Shown here in pieces: positions 39,897-51,995 of a stretch of 64,000 nucleotides of DNA (position 1 is the stretch's first letter; each line of letters opens with the position of its first letter). The translations under genes were made by a program, and so were the position numbers. The stretch lies in contig OZ360234.1 in the NCBI GenBank assembly GCA_977017645.1, positions 34,596,001 to 34,660,000 on the forward strand. Reading direction: 5' to 3'. The notes under the pieces are model-generated. The model saw nothing but the letters and a program-made list of their open reading frames with translations. It was not told where the DNA came from and made no database searches. The DNA comes from Torpedo marmorata (Eukaryota).

Positions 39897-40805
39897 TCAT
39901 AAAGGTTTGTCGAAGGATTTAGGACAAGGTGCGTTGGAAACCTTCCTGCACACGGTGTTGGAGTTCTTGCACCTGCAGCCCGGCCTCTTAACGCCGTCGT
40001 AACATCCCTGGCAGAGCCGGAGACACCCTTTAGCCGGCAAATAGCACCATAAGCAAGGCAAGAAGACGGAGATGAGGCCCATGGCGGTCCAACGAGCGCA
40101 GCAGTGGCCTTGGCTGCAGGAGCACGGATTGTCCGCACAATTGTCCTCGTCGTCGTTGGAGCAATGATAGAAGAAGCCCTTGACACAACAGACGCACGTG
40201 CCGTACTCCAGGGCGCTCTGGAACGAGCAAAGGCACCTCTGGTCACAAAGCCAGCACGAAGGGAGAGTCCTCGGAGCCGTGCAGGAGCCGCACTTGCACT
40301 TCCCGCATTCCTCGCACCGCAGTGAGTGTTGGCTCCAGTCCTCGGCCCCCGGAGCCTTGTTAAAGTCGGGTTTGAGGTCAGCCTTGGGCTGCGCCCTAAT
40401 AATTCCCTGGGCAGAAGGGGACGAGCTCACGCTGACCAACAGTCTATGCTCTGAGGTGGTGCTACTCCGGGACACTGAGCTGACCGTACTGGTGGATCGG
40501 CTCAAGTGCTGCTGGACCTGGTGATGGAGCTGCGCCGAGGAGCGCGGTTCCATTCCGGCAAGGCTCGGCTCGGTTGTCCTTTCCCATTTCTGCGCCGAGC
40601 TGGACGGACTGCTGGTTGCTCTCTTCGCACTTATGATCATGGGCCGCTCCACGTAGTCGTTGTTGGCTCGGATGGCCCGAATCTGATCGATGGAGAGCAC
40701 CGGACCCTGCTGCATCTCTCCGGGGTCAGGATCAATCCGCTGCCGCCCCCTGTCGTGAGCCAGCTGGAGGGAGAGAGGCGAATCCACGGGGGTCGGCGCT
40801 TCCAT
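39897..40805 (-). CDS. spry3: Protein sprouty homolog (most likely SPRY3 ortholog), single coding exon, 302 aa
   Basis: Cbl-TKB motif NDYVERP, serine-rich motif [15 protein letters not shown], and Cys-rich SPR domain (CEECGKCKC...[27 protein letters not shown]...[13 protein letters not shown]...RPGCRCK). The family call is near certain. The paralog call (3 vs 2) rests on [19 protein letters not shown] and NTVCRKVS recalled from human SPRY3 and is less sure. Confidence 0.9.
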   Translation of the reverse strand: MEAPTPVDSPLSLQLAHDRGRQRIDPDPGEMQQGPVLSIDQIRAIRANNDYVERPMIISAKRATSSPSSSAQKWERTTEPSLAGMEPRSSAQLHHQVQQHLSRSTSTVSSVSRSSTTSEHRLLVSVSSSPSAQGIIRAQPKADLKPDFNKAPGAEDWSQHSLRCEECGKCKCGSCTAPRTLPSCWLCDQRCLCSFQSALEYGTCVCCVKGFFYHCSNDDEDNCADNPCSCSQGHCCARWTAMGLISVFLPCLWCYLPAKGCLRLCQGCYDGVKRPGCRCKNSNTVCRKVSNAPCPKSFDKPL

Positions 40806-40854
40806 CGGACTGCGAGCGGTGCAGGCCCGGGGGCTGGCTGCACATCGGTCAGAC

Positions 40855-40890
40855 CTGTTGTGAAGACGGGACAGAGCGCAATGTCAGGAA
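40855..40890 (-). other. Splice acceptor of the Sprouty coding exon
   Basis: Minus strand CTGAC (branch point)...CTCTGTCCCGTCTTCACAACAG|GTCTGA, 49 nt upstream of the ATG. Vertebrate Sprouty genes have non-coding first exons. Confidence 0.75.
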
Positions 40891-42756
40891 GATAACACTC
40901 ACCCGTCGCAGCGGACCCCGCCCTCCGCTTTGGTCCTGGCGCTTGAGGACCCTCCTTTCCCACCATCTCCAACCAGTGCCCAGAAATGGGAGAGGCAAAT
41001 CACCTCTCCCTACCCCAACTAGCCCACCCTCCACCGCCGGCTCTAATCATCCCGCCCGGAGAGAGGCACCAACAAACCTTAGAAACGTTTTGGAAGAAGG
41101 CTGCAAGTGTTTAAAACAAACAGGCAACCCAACTTCGTGCAAGAGATAAAGGGTACCGTGCACGGTGCCCGGGCACACTGGATTTAATCTCCATTCTTAC
41201 CGTAGACTGGGCGACAAATAAAGGGGTTGGTAAAGAAGTTCAAGATGCCAAGAGACTGGCACTGCACAGTGGCGCGTTAATAGTGGTAAAATATTTACCT
41301 CTCTGCACTGCAAATGAGCGAGAAGTAGCCCCGCTCTTTCTTAACTAACAACCGGGTTTAGTGATCCCAATAAAACGTATCGAACAGCGGCCAACATCAG
41401 ACCGTCTGAAAATTGATTCCCATTACTTTCCTCCATCCACTTCCCCTTCACTGCTGGAGACTAGAAATGCGGCGGCCGAGTGGCACCTGCATCTCCCGCC
41501 TTCAACCCCATCCTGAACGTTCCCCATTCACCAACTCAGAGCTGGTCAAAAATTGCACCGCAAATCTAAATTGATGATATTTTCAAGCCGACACGTGTCA
41601 CAGCCCGACAACACTCGGCCGAATACAGACCATCTGCAGCCAATGGAGAAATCGTGACATTGTGCAACAGTCTGAATTATAAAACAAGATTCAAATCAAC
41701 ACTTGTTTCCCCAACTTGACGAAGTTTGTCCACTTCCTAGAAATAAATAGCTATCACTTTCTGCGGCGCGGCGATTTATAAGGGTTGAACCGTCTAACCA
41801 TAATCACTGGAGTTGGCGCCTAGACGCAGGAGCTCTCTGGTCAGGCGGGACAGGACTGAAGCGAAGACGAACGGAACAGTGAGGAGGGAGACTCGGCGGA
41901 GCGCCATGCTCATCCAACTGTTGTTGAATGGCAGGGTGTTTGCAATTCCGGATGCGCCGAATCCGATACAGCAAGCTGGTATGAAATGGATATCCTACAA
42001 GCGGAATAGTCAAGTGCTGGAGGGAGCGAACTGCCGAGGCTCCGCTGTGAACTCATGCAGAACTACCAGTACTGGGACCACATACAAGACAACGAGACCT
42101 CCGCCAGCCTCCCACATACACCCCCCACCTTCTCCCCGTCCTGGTTCCCTTAGTGCTCACGACACTTTCAGGGGTTTCATCGGGTTGTTTAAACTAAGGT
42201 TACAGCCCAGCTAGAAAGCAAATTCCAAATGAAATTGTAAACACACTGAAATGCACGTAACTGCCAAGAAATAAAGTTTAGATTGTCAATAAGTATATTT
42301 AAGATAGACAATGTTCTTCCCCGAGTTAAAGGGTTAAGCATTTACCATAAAATTCAGGTGAAGAGTGACCCGCTCGGCAAAAGCCAGAGGCAGTGAAGTT
42401 TACAGACTGGTTTCCGTCTCTTTAATGGATGGGACTGGATCCGTTTCTTTAATAGTTACATTAAAATGAGGCTGCTCTCAAGTTCTGATCGATATTAAAT
42501 ATTATCTCCTCCCCCTCCCTTCACACCAGTAACAGTATGCTGCGGCCGGGTCTAGTATAATGCAGTCCCCTGTGTTGAGGGATATGTGATCAATGATCGG
42601 AAAGATCTTGGCATTTGTTTGAAGCGAGCATTAACCTTGTGCGGATAACCAGCCCGAGACTGGCATATGAAGTGAGCAGACGCGACTGACTACAACGCGC
42701 ACACACACATGTGCACAGAAGGCAAGCGGGTTACATTGTAAACCAGCGTGCAGGTT

Positions 42757-43030
42757 CCTCACCTCGCCAAAGATGTCGGTTGTTTCTTAGCGATGCCGCT
42801 GGCTGAACTGTGGCAGTAACCTTGTCTGCTGGGCTTCAAGTGCAGCCAGTGTCTGATCAATGACAAGCTCCGGGAGTGAAGGGCGCCGTGTCCTGGGCTG
42901 TCAGCGAACCATACCCCTCCCGAATGCCGCAGCTCTGCGAGTGACTCACACAAATAGACGATGATTTTTTTTTCTCTCGTCCGAGCCAACAGCCCCGTCC
43001 CGACTCCACACTCTCTTCCAAGTATGCACT
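42757..43030 (-). other. Candidate non-coding first exon of Sprouty with donor GAG|GTGAGG
   Basis: CpG-rich segment ending in a consensus donor at 42757-42762 and containing AP-1 TGAGTCA (42942-42948). Confidence 0.5.
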
Positions 43031-43140
43031 GATTTGTCCGGTTATAGCTAATGGCTAAATGGCGTCATCCACGTGAAACTGAATAGGCCATTTGCCGTCC
43101 CAAAGGCTTCTCCGCATCCGGTCGTGGGCCATTGGTGAAG
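43030..43140 (-). promoter_or_regulatory. Candidate Sprouty proximal promoter
   Basis: On the minus strand: TATAA (43042-43046), CRE half-site TGACG (43063-43067), E-box CACGTG (43070-43075), ETS-like CCGGATG (43115-43121) and CCAAT (43131-43135). Confidence 0.55.
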
Positions 43141-44294
43141 CTGGAAAAAAAAAGATTTCAAGCAAGCTTGTTAAATAATCGTCGCGGACAGAGCAAGGAT
43201 ACTCCTCGAAGCCTTAACATAGCGAGACTTAAGTTTTTAAACCCATCCCAAATGCTTGGTGCACTGTGAAGAGTTTACTCGGGAAACACCCCGAAGATTA
43301 ACATGTTCTCCCGCGAATATACATATGATCTTTCTGCAAAAAAAACCACGCAAACAGCAAGGGGAAAACGTCATGCTATTTATACAGTACACTTGGCCAG
43401 GAGACAAGTTTTTAAAAAATATTGATTAATATTTTCGATCCATTGAAAGCCATTACCGATGCTTTTACAACTACTGTACCGAGGTAATCTCAGCGAAAGA
43501 GGGTGAAGGGGGAGATCCTGTGTCGACTCCCTGCAAGCCTGATTCTCTCAGCAAACCCGAGGCCACAGAGGCCGCCATTGCCACCTGTTAGCGCATGTTG
43601 AGTGACATTTTAACCTGGGCACCTGTTCGGCTGGTTCCCAGGCGTTTTTATGCTCATTTTCTCCGATTTTGTTTATTTAAGGTAAGAATTAAACTCCAAA
43701 TCTTTATTATTCAGAGGCTTGCGCCGGTAAAGGGCATGTCCTGCACGAAATCTGTGTGTGGTTTAGAGAGACCCATAACAGGTGTTTGGCCACATTTCAG
43801 GCAGAGAGGTAGACCAGGAACATCAATAAGCTTTGATTTAGCGCTGCAGATAAATGAATGGCGTTAAGAAGCCATTCACAATCCCTGTTTGCTCCCGGTC
43901 ATTCTTCTGAATCATCCCCAACATATGACATCAGGGCACAGAGGCGGAGCTCCTATTCGGTCTCTCGCTTAGTGGGAGGTCACTTGGTAAACAAAGCCTT
44001 TGAACCGCTTGTCGAAAACATACAGGATTTGGCATGAGGTGGATTCCCTTCAGCATTCACACAGCACAGTGAGCTCTCATCTACGACCTTGTGACTGAAA
44101 ACCACAAAAGAGCAAAATCTTGCCTCCAAAGAGACTCCTTATCACGTGCTTTGAACAACCATCTTTTCAGCGTGCCTTTACACAGTTTTGTATAAATTGT
44201 TTAGTTAACTAGTTTGTAAGATTTATTTTCCTGAACGTGGATCATGTTTCCCTTACAGCCAACAAGACGAATGAAACTGCCGATTTAAAGGAGG

Positions 44295-44335
44295 TATACT
44301 TTGATGAAGGGCTCAAGCCCGAAACGTCGGTTATG
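44295..44335 (+). ncRNA. Putative minimal type I hammerhead ribozyme (best preserved copy)
   Basis: TTGATGA (44301-44307), A, helix II GGGC-TCAA-GCCC, GAAA, CGTC (predicted cleavage after 44328), helix I ATACT / GGTTAT. Confidence 0.7.
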
Positions 44336-44440
44336 TATTTCTACCTTTGCTACATAAAAGACACTGTTTGACCTGCTGAGTTTCTCCAGCTTTTGTGTTT
44401 TTTACTTCAACCACGGTGTCTACAGATTTTCGTGTTTACT
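44298..44440 (+). mobile_element. 143 bp solo PLE terminal-repeat insertion
   Basis: Perfect 14 bp TSD TTTAAAGGAGGTAT (44284-44297 / 44441-44454). Confidence 0.93.
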
Positions 44441-46495
44441 TTTAAAGGAGGTATTGCTGTTTATCGCAATACACCAAAGCCATCACAATAAAGCATTCGA
44501 ACTTTTTTAAATGCTTTATCACTGAAATATTAAATGCTATGGAATAAACAGTGTAAAATGTAATTTAAAGCTATATTTATATGCCTTTTAATTATATTGC
44601 TAAACGCAACTGCTATTCTTTCTGTTAACTGAATATAAAATGAATGTACCTTGCCTGAGCCTAATTCGCATTAAAAATGTATTTTTTTATTTACCTGCCT
44701 TTTTGTTCTTTCAGTTACGCAATGAGGTTTTGTAAGCAGGGTTTTATATATCATAAAACCAGCTCCAAACGATAGTTTCCCAACCAAGCAGACACGTCGG
44801 AGACAGGCCAGGTGCATCTGTCATTCTCTCAAACCATGCCGATTCTACTTACCGGAATCCCTGAACTCCATCGGCCCAGAGACAACGCTCGGAGGCTTAA
44901 ATTCCAAAACAAAAATCACAGAGTCTTTATCCCGAGGAATGCAAGTCTGCTACACTAAATGAGAAAGGCTGATCTGTTTGACAGTATCCCCTCATCAAAT
45001 TATAACGAAATGGCCTGATGTAAATGCCTTTCCCCGTCCCACCGCCTTGCACCTCCAAAGCCCGTTTCCATGAAAACATCACTATATACACGCTCATTTA
45101 TTTTATTTTCCCCAAATGTGCCCTTTATTCAAAAACGCTTCACCTTTCTACATAATTCCTACAAAAGGCCAATTACGCCGAATACACGACAGCACAGTTC
45201 AGAAAACAGACATGAATCCGGTTGTATTATATTCCAATGGTTTTTCAATCATTTTTGCGAATATTTCGTGCATGCCAGGATGTTCTATTACAATACCACA
45301 ATTAACATTACATTCCTATAAGTTGGACTTTGGACTAAGATGGCAAGTCATCTCATTTTGGGGAAGGACAAATTCAACGATCAGCCCTTATTGGGCAGCT
45401 TCCTTTGTCGGTGTCATCACCAGAGCTCTCATCCATCTAAACTAGATTGATTGGATGACGCGATTTCCTAAATACTTTTAGACTACTGTCACCTCTCCTC
45501 ATACCTTGCTTGTGAAAGCACCTGTACAATGACCTGCCTATAACACAGTATAATGCAAATATATGTTTTTTCTACTGCCTGCGTTTAACAAGTCTTTTTT
45601 TTTTAAATCAAGAAGATCTAATTGAATTGTGGTAATTTGAGGATTTGAAATCAAATAATTTTCAATAAATCTGGAAATAACCATTTGATATCTGGTCCCA
45701 ATATGCGACCTTGAACTCTGTGATTGACACACCTGCCCCACTTTCATTCAGTCAACTGCTTTGTATACCAAGGCCTGAAATATATGCCAAACTATTACCA
45801 ACTCTTAACTGCCTCCTGAAGTCCTAGCAAAACCACTCAGCGATAACACTATGGCCAATTATGTGGAAAATAAATGCCAGCCCTGCCAGGAATGTTCACA
45901 TTCCATGTGATTTTTATACAAATTTGATGGCAGTAAATAAGGAGTTTTGCAATCAGTTAAATTGTTCTTTATGACAAAGATATGCAGATGAATGGCATTA
46001 TAGTCAGATGTGAAAATTAATTGCCCATGCCTTCTAAGCAGGGAAATTATTGACACTTGATCATCTTCTGATCGTCCCATCCTGACTGACTTCAGTAATT
46101 TCCATGCTATACTAGGACTTCTGCTTATGATAGATCAATAATTAATAGAACAATAGAACCATAGAACATTACAGCACAGAAAAAACATGCCATTAGCCCT
46201 TCTAGTCTGTGCTGAACTATTATTTTGCTTAGTCCTACTGACGCACCCAGTCCATATCCCTCCATACCCTTCCCATCAATGCACCTGTCCAAATGTTTCT
46301 TAAATGTCATAATTGAGCCCACATTCACCACTTCAGCTGGCAGCTTGTTCCAGATGCCCACCACTCTCTCTGTGTGAAGAAATTCCCCCTAATATTCCCC
46401 TAAACTTTTCCCCTTTCACCCCAACTCATGTCATCTGGTTTGTATCGCACCTAACCTCAGTGGAAAAAGCCTACTTGCATTTACTCTATCTATAC

Positions 46496-46644
46496 CTGTG
46501 GTTCTCAACCCTTTTGTTCCCCACTCACAACCCACCTTAAGTAATCCCTTACTAACCACAAAGCACTTATGTCATAGGTGCTCTGAGTTAGTAAGGGATT
46601 AATTAAGGTGATATGTGAGTGGAAAAAAAAGGTTGAGAACTATG
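46496..46644. mobile_element. Single-module hairpin hAT-type MITE
   Basis: One module of the family at 14868-15455, inserted inside CR1. Confidence 0.82.
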
Positions 46645-47075
46645 ATAATAAATCTTCTCTCATTCTTTCAATTTTATTGACTTCTTTCCTGTAGTTAGGT
46701 GACATAAAATGCACACAATACTCCACATTTGGCCTCCCCAATGTCTTATACAACTTTACCATAACATCCCAACTCCAATACTCAATACTTTGATTTATGA
46801 AGACCAATGTGCCAAAAGCTCTCTTTATGACCCTATCTACCTGTGACACCACTTTCAGGGTATTATGTATCTGTATTCCCAGATCCCTATTTCTACTGTG
46901 CTCCTCAGTGCCCTACCATTTACATGTATGTCCTACCTTGGTTTGTCCTTCCAAAATGCAAAACCTCACATTTGCCTGCATTAAATTCCATCAGTCATTT
47001 TGAGCCCATTTTTCCAGCTGGTCCAGACCCCTCTGCAAGCTTTGAAAGCTTTCCTCACTGTTCACGACACCTCTG

Positions 47076-47847
47076 ATCAGCTCGTTGAATGGTGTAATGG
47101 CAACAACCTTGAGATCAACGTCAGCAAAACCAAGGAGATGATTGTGGACTTCAGGAGGAAGTCAGGGGAACACGACCCAGTCCTCATCGAGGGCTCAGTC
47201 GTGGAGAGGGTCAAGAACTTCAAATTCCTGGGTGTCAACATCTCCGAGGATCTGTCCTGGAGCATCCACGTGGATGCAATCACAAAGAAGGCTCATCATC
47301 GGCTATACTTTGTGAGGTATTTGCGGAGATTCGGTATGCCACCAAAGACTCTCGTAAACTTCTACAGGTGTACCATGGAGAGCATTCTGGCTGGTTGCAT
47401 CACTGCCTGGTATGGAGGCGCCAACTCCCAGGACAAGAGTAAACTCCAGAAGGTTGTTAACTCGGCCTGTGACATCACAGGCACCAAACTTCACTCCATC
47501 AAGGACATCTACATGAGGCAGTGTCTTAAAAAAGCAGCCTCTATCCTCAAGGACCCCCACCACCCAGGCCATGCCCTCTTCACTCTGCTTCCATCGGGAA
47601 AAAGGTACAGGAGCCTAAAGACGAGCATTCAATGGCACAAGGACAGCTTCTTCCCCGCTGCCATCAGATTCCTGAATAATCAATGAACCAAAGACACTGC
47701 CTTACTTTTCGTGCACTATTGTTTATAATTTTTTATAGTAATGGCGTTAGATGGTTAATATGAATTTTAATTGCACTATGATGCTGCCACAAAACACCGA
47801 ATTTCATGACTTGTTCATGACAATAAATTCTGATTTTGATTCTGATC
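47076..47847 (+). mobile_element. Rex1/Babar-type LINE 3' fragment nested in CR1
   Basis: ORF to 47686 (WCNGNNLEINVSKTKEMIVDFR...KDSFFPAAIRFLN) with a TTCTGA-type tail. Confidence 0.93.
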
Positions 47848-50118
47848 CTGGTGTCATCTGCAAACTTACTGATCCAATTTACCACATTGTCATCCAGATC
47901 AGTGATATAGATGACAAACAACAAAGGACCCAGCACTGATCCTTGAGGTGCACCACTAGTCACAGGCCTCCAGTCAGAGAGGCAATCATCCACTACTACT
48001 CTCTGGCTTCTCCCATAAAGCTAATGTCAAATCCAATTTACTACTTCACCATGAATACAGAGCGATTGAACTTTCCTGACTAACCTCCCGTGTGGGACCT
48101 TGTCAAAGGCCTTACTACAGTCCATGCAGACAACATCCACAGCCTTTCCTTCATCAACTTTCCTGGTAACCTCCTCGTAAAACTCTATAAGATTTGTTAA
48201 ATACGACCTACCATGCACAAAGCCATGTTGACTATCCCTAATCAGTCCCTGACTATCCAAATACTTGTATATCCAATCTCAGAACACCTTCTCATAACTT
48301 ACCTACTACTGATAACAGACTCACCGGCCTATATTTTTCTGGGCTATTTTTGGAGCCTTTTTAAACAACGGAACAATATGAGCTACCCTCCAATCCTCTG
48401 GCACCTCAGCTGTGGCTAAGGACATTTTAAATAATCTGCCAGAGCCCTCGCAATTTCTGCACTAACCTCCCTCAAGATCCAAGGGAATACCTTGTCAGGC
48501 CCTGTGGATTTATCCACCTTTATTCACTTTAAGACAGCAAGCACCTACTCCTTTTTAATCTGCATAGGTTCCATGACCCTACTGCCTGTTTGCCTCACTT
48601 CCCTAGACTCTGTGCCAGTTTCCTGAGTAAATACAGATGCAAATAAAACATTTAAGATCTCCCCCATCTCTTCTGGCTCCCTACATAGCCGACCACTCTG
48701 ATCTTCAAGAGGACAAGTTTTTTCCCTTACTATCCTTTTGCTTTTAATATACCTTACCATAATTATCAAGTTCTTACCCTGAACTGAAGCAAAGGCAAGG
48801 TAGGTTCTGAAGTTGCAAACAGGAATGAAAAGATAAGGAGATGGAGTACTTCTGTGATATTGGAAGAAAGTGTGAGTGAGAAGTAATCTGTAAAGGAGCA
48901 AATGGGTGAAGCAATCTGAATATCTTTGAAAATTGGGAGGCTGGAGAATGGAGTTGCTTCTGTGAGTTGAGTGAATTCAAAAGAGGTCAGAAAGTTTTTG
49001 TGGAACAGGGATTTTCTAGGTGTAGAGGGCTTCAGTCAAAGGAGAAGTGGTGTGAGAGTGAAGTCTTTAAACAGGTAGAGTTCCTCGGTGAGCATGTCTT
49101 TATGAATGGGAAGGTGGTGAGTGGGGGTGAGGGGGGATGTGCTCGAAGTAGCAAAGCATTTCTGTGAACTGGGAGATGAAGAATTCCTTTGTAAACCAGA
49201 GAATTTTGGAGGAAGTAATTAGCACCAGATTTTTTAAAGTTTTAGGTAAATAGATAAATTTCAAAATTTATTTTAATCAAAAGTAATATACTAGTGATTA
49301 AAGTTAATAGTAACTGCGCCTGCCTGTGATTCTTATCCCTGTTCCTTAATTAAAAAAAAAAAAGGAAATAGAAGCAGGAGTTGGCTCCTCAACACTTTTC
49401 CATCCTTAATAAGATTAAGGCTGATCATGTGCCTCAAGTCAACTTTCCATCATGATCCCCATATCCTCTGATTCACTTTGTTCGGAAAATCTATCAATCA
49501 ATCTTGCTTGCAATGATTGAACATGCTCAGACCTCTGAAAATGAGCATTTTATACATTTGCAACTCTCTAAATAAAAAAAGTTGTTTCTCATCCCAGAAC
49601 TAAATGTAAAACTCCTTGATGTGAATTAATGCCCTATAATACTGGACTTTCTACCAAGGAGAAACAATTTCTGGCAGAACCAATTCTGCTAATCAGAATC
49701 CTATAAGCCTCAAGAGATTGTCTATTATTATTCTAAACTCCAGTGTGTTTAGGCCAATCCATCTTTCTCCTTTTGTCAATCCATGCTGCATTGATTTTAA
49801 GATAGGAACATCGTTGATAAATATGGAGACCAAAACTAAAAATGTAATCTAAATGAAATTTCACTAATCTCCTGTACAATCTAAATAATATCTCCTTACA
49901 TTTTTACTCCAGTCCCCTTGTAATAGTGTCCAACATACATTTAATTGCCTTCCTAATTGTTTGCTGTAGCTGGCTGTTTCCCTTTATGTGTTTCCCAACA
50001 TATCACATACCTCGCTTTGCACCAACATTTAATATTTCCCTCTTTTTTATTCCTCCTACAATAAGGTACCATGACACATATTTTCAAGTTATACTCGACC
50101 TTCTGGTCCCTTCACAAA

Positions 50119-50442
50119 AGCCCCTTTCACACTGCCGATTACATGTGGGTTGAACCGGGTAATTTACCGGGTCCGTACCTAGTAATCGCGCGGTGTGAAA
50201 CGTCCCAACCGGGCAGGGCGAGGTAAATTCAACCGGGCTCAGACACTTGGCCGAGTTAACTCACTAATCGCCTTCTGGCGGTGTGAAAGCACAACCTGCT
50301 CTCACTTTGTCGCCGCTGGAGCTTAAAATCCCGGGTTGCCGATTAACCAGGTAAATCATGGTGCAGTGGGAAAGGCTCCCGAGTGCAGCATGCCCGGTAA
50401 GTTTACCCGCTTCCTAAGAGGGTTGGCAGTGTGAAAGGGGCT
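50119..50442. mobile_element. PIF/Harbinger-like MITE
   Basis: Perfect 18 bp TIR AGCCCCTTTCACACTGCC / GGCAGTGTGAAAGGGGCT, CpG-rich interior with repeated GTGTGAAA. Confidence 0.8.
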
Positions 50443-51249
50443 TTAATCAATGAATATTCCTTTGCAAATTCTGTATGTCTTCCTCAAAGCTCACTTTTCC
50501 ATCTGTTTTTGTATGATATTCAATGATTGCTGCACCAAATCATCCAACGTCATTAAACTTCTATTACATTCTCTAAGGGCAAAAGATGGAAAAAGAACTG
50601 TGCCTCTCTATGTAACTGTCTCTTCATGGTTCCTATTCTCCTTTTTCTAATTATAACATATCATGACAGAACGGTTTCACTTTCACCATTCGATTGCCAA
50701 TTTTGGTGTTTATGATGTCGCATGAACCCATTTACTCAGTGCCTTGTACTTATTGGGAAGTAGATGCTTATGGTCTTGGGCTTGGCAGATTGACTTTTCT
50801 GAAAGGAAAGGGATGTTTTTCAGACTGCTGTATATTCACTGGCCAGGAGGATTGCAGACTGTCCCAATCCATTTTGTAAGGGGAAAACACCAAAACCATC
50901 TTTATTATACACTTACAGTGCTATTTAATGGAGTTGAATAAAAGCCCTCCAATAAATTAACTCTAGGATTTGATAGCAGTGCCCTAAATACCAAAAAATC
51001 TCATTTCTAATAGGTTATTTGAGAGTAGCTGAGTGATGTAACTGTGTTGTGTGAGGAACAAGTTCGACGGAACCGAGAAGCAATGAGTCTGGGCACAGAT
51101 CGATTGTAACAACGGTCTTTATTTGCCCGTGAGGGAAATTTGCCACTGGGAATCACAATCACTCACTCTCTCACACAGAGTACATCGGATACATCTAAAC
51201 AAGCAATAACTATAAAACATGCTGGATATAGATATAAAGTAGAGGAAGA

Positions 51250-51995
51250 TATAGAAACATAGAAGCATAGAAAATAGGTGCAGGAGTAGGCCATTCGGCC
51301 CTTCGAGCCTGCACCGCCATTCAGTATGATCATGGCTGATCATCCATCTTAATACCCTGTACCTGCTTTCTCCCCATACCCCCTGATCCCCTTAGCCACA
51401 AGGACCACATCTAACTCCCTCTTAAATATAGCCAATGAACTGGCCTCTACTGTTTCCTGTGGCAGAGAATTCCACAGATTCACCACTCTCTGTGAAGAAA
51501 TATTTCCTCATCTCAGTCCTAAAAGATTTCCCCCTTATCCTTAAACTGTGACCCCTGGTTCTAGACTTTCCCAACATCGGGAACAATCTTCCTGCATCTA
51601 GCCTATCCAATCTCTTAAGAATTTTATATGTTTCAATAAGATCCCCCCTCAATCTTCGAAATTCCAGCGAGTATAAGCCTAGTCGGCCAAGTCTTTCTTC
51701 ATATGAAAGTCCTGCCATCCCAGGAATCAATCTGGTGAATCCTCTCTGCACACCCTCTATGGCAAGAATGTCTTTCCTCAGATTAGGAGACCAAAACTGT
51801 ACACAATACTCCAGGTGTGGTCTCACCAAGGCACTGTACAACTGCAGCAGAACCTCCCTGCTCCTGTACTCGAATCCCCTTGCTATAAATGCCAACATAC
51901 CATTCGCCTTTTTCACTGCCTGCTGTACCTGCATGTCCACTTTCAAAGACTGGTGTACAATGACACCCAGGTCTCGTTGCACCTCTCCTTTTCCT
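51250..51995 (-). mobile_element. Young CR1-clade LINE 3' fragment
   Basis: ORF 51422-52018 (QRDLGVIVHQSLK...LVRPHLEYCVQFWSP...RRLRGDLIETYKI...TRGHSLRI) with a (TTTCTATG)n tail. Confidence 0.95.

Larger units (their letters stand above)
46146..48752 (-). mobile_element. CR1-clade LINE fragment with two nested insertions
   Basis: Minus-strand ORFs QHGFVHGRSYLTNL, DCSKAFDKVPHGRL, GAPQGSVLGPLLF...KFADDT, YCVHFMSPNYRK and VVGIWNKLP, with a (TTCTATG)-like tail at 46146-46168. Confidence 0.93.

Noticed and set aside
39806-40972. Several ORFs overlapping or antisense to Sprouty
   Set aside because: Alternative frames of a GC-rich CDS with no recognisable domain.
41813-42214. 133 aa plus-strand ORF
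   Set aside because: Non-ATG start, no recognisable homology, and located in the GC-rich Sprouty 5' region.
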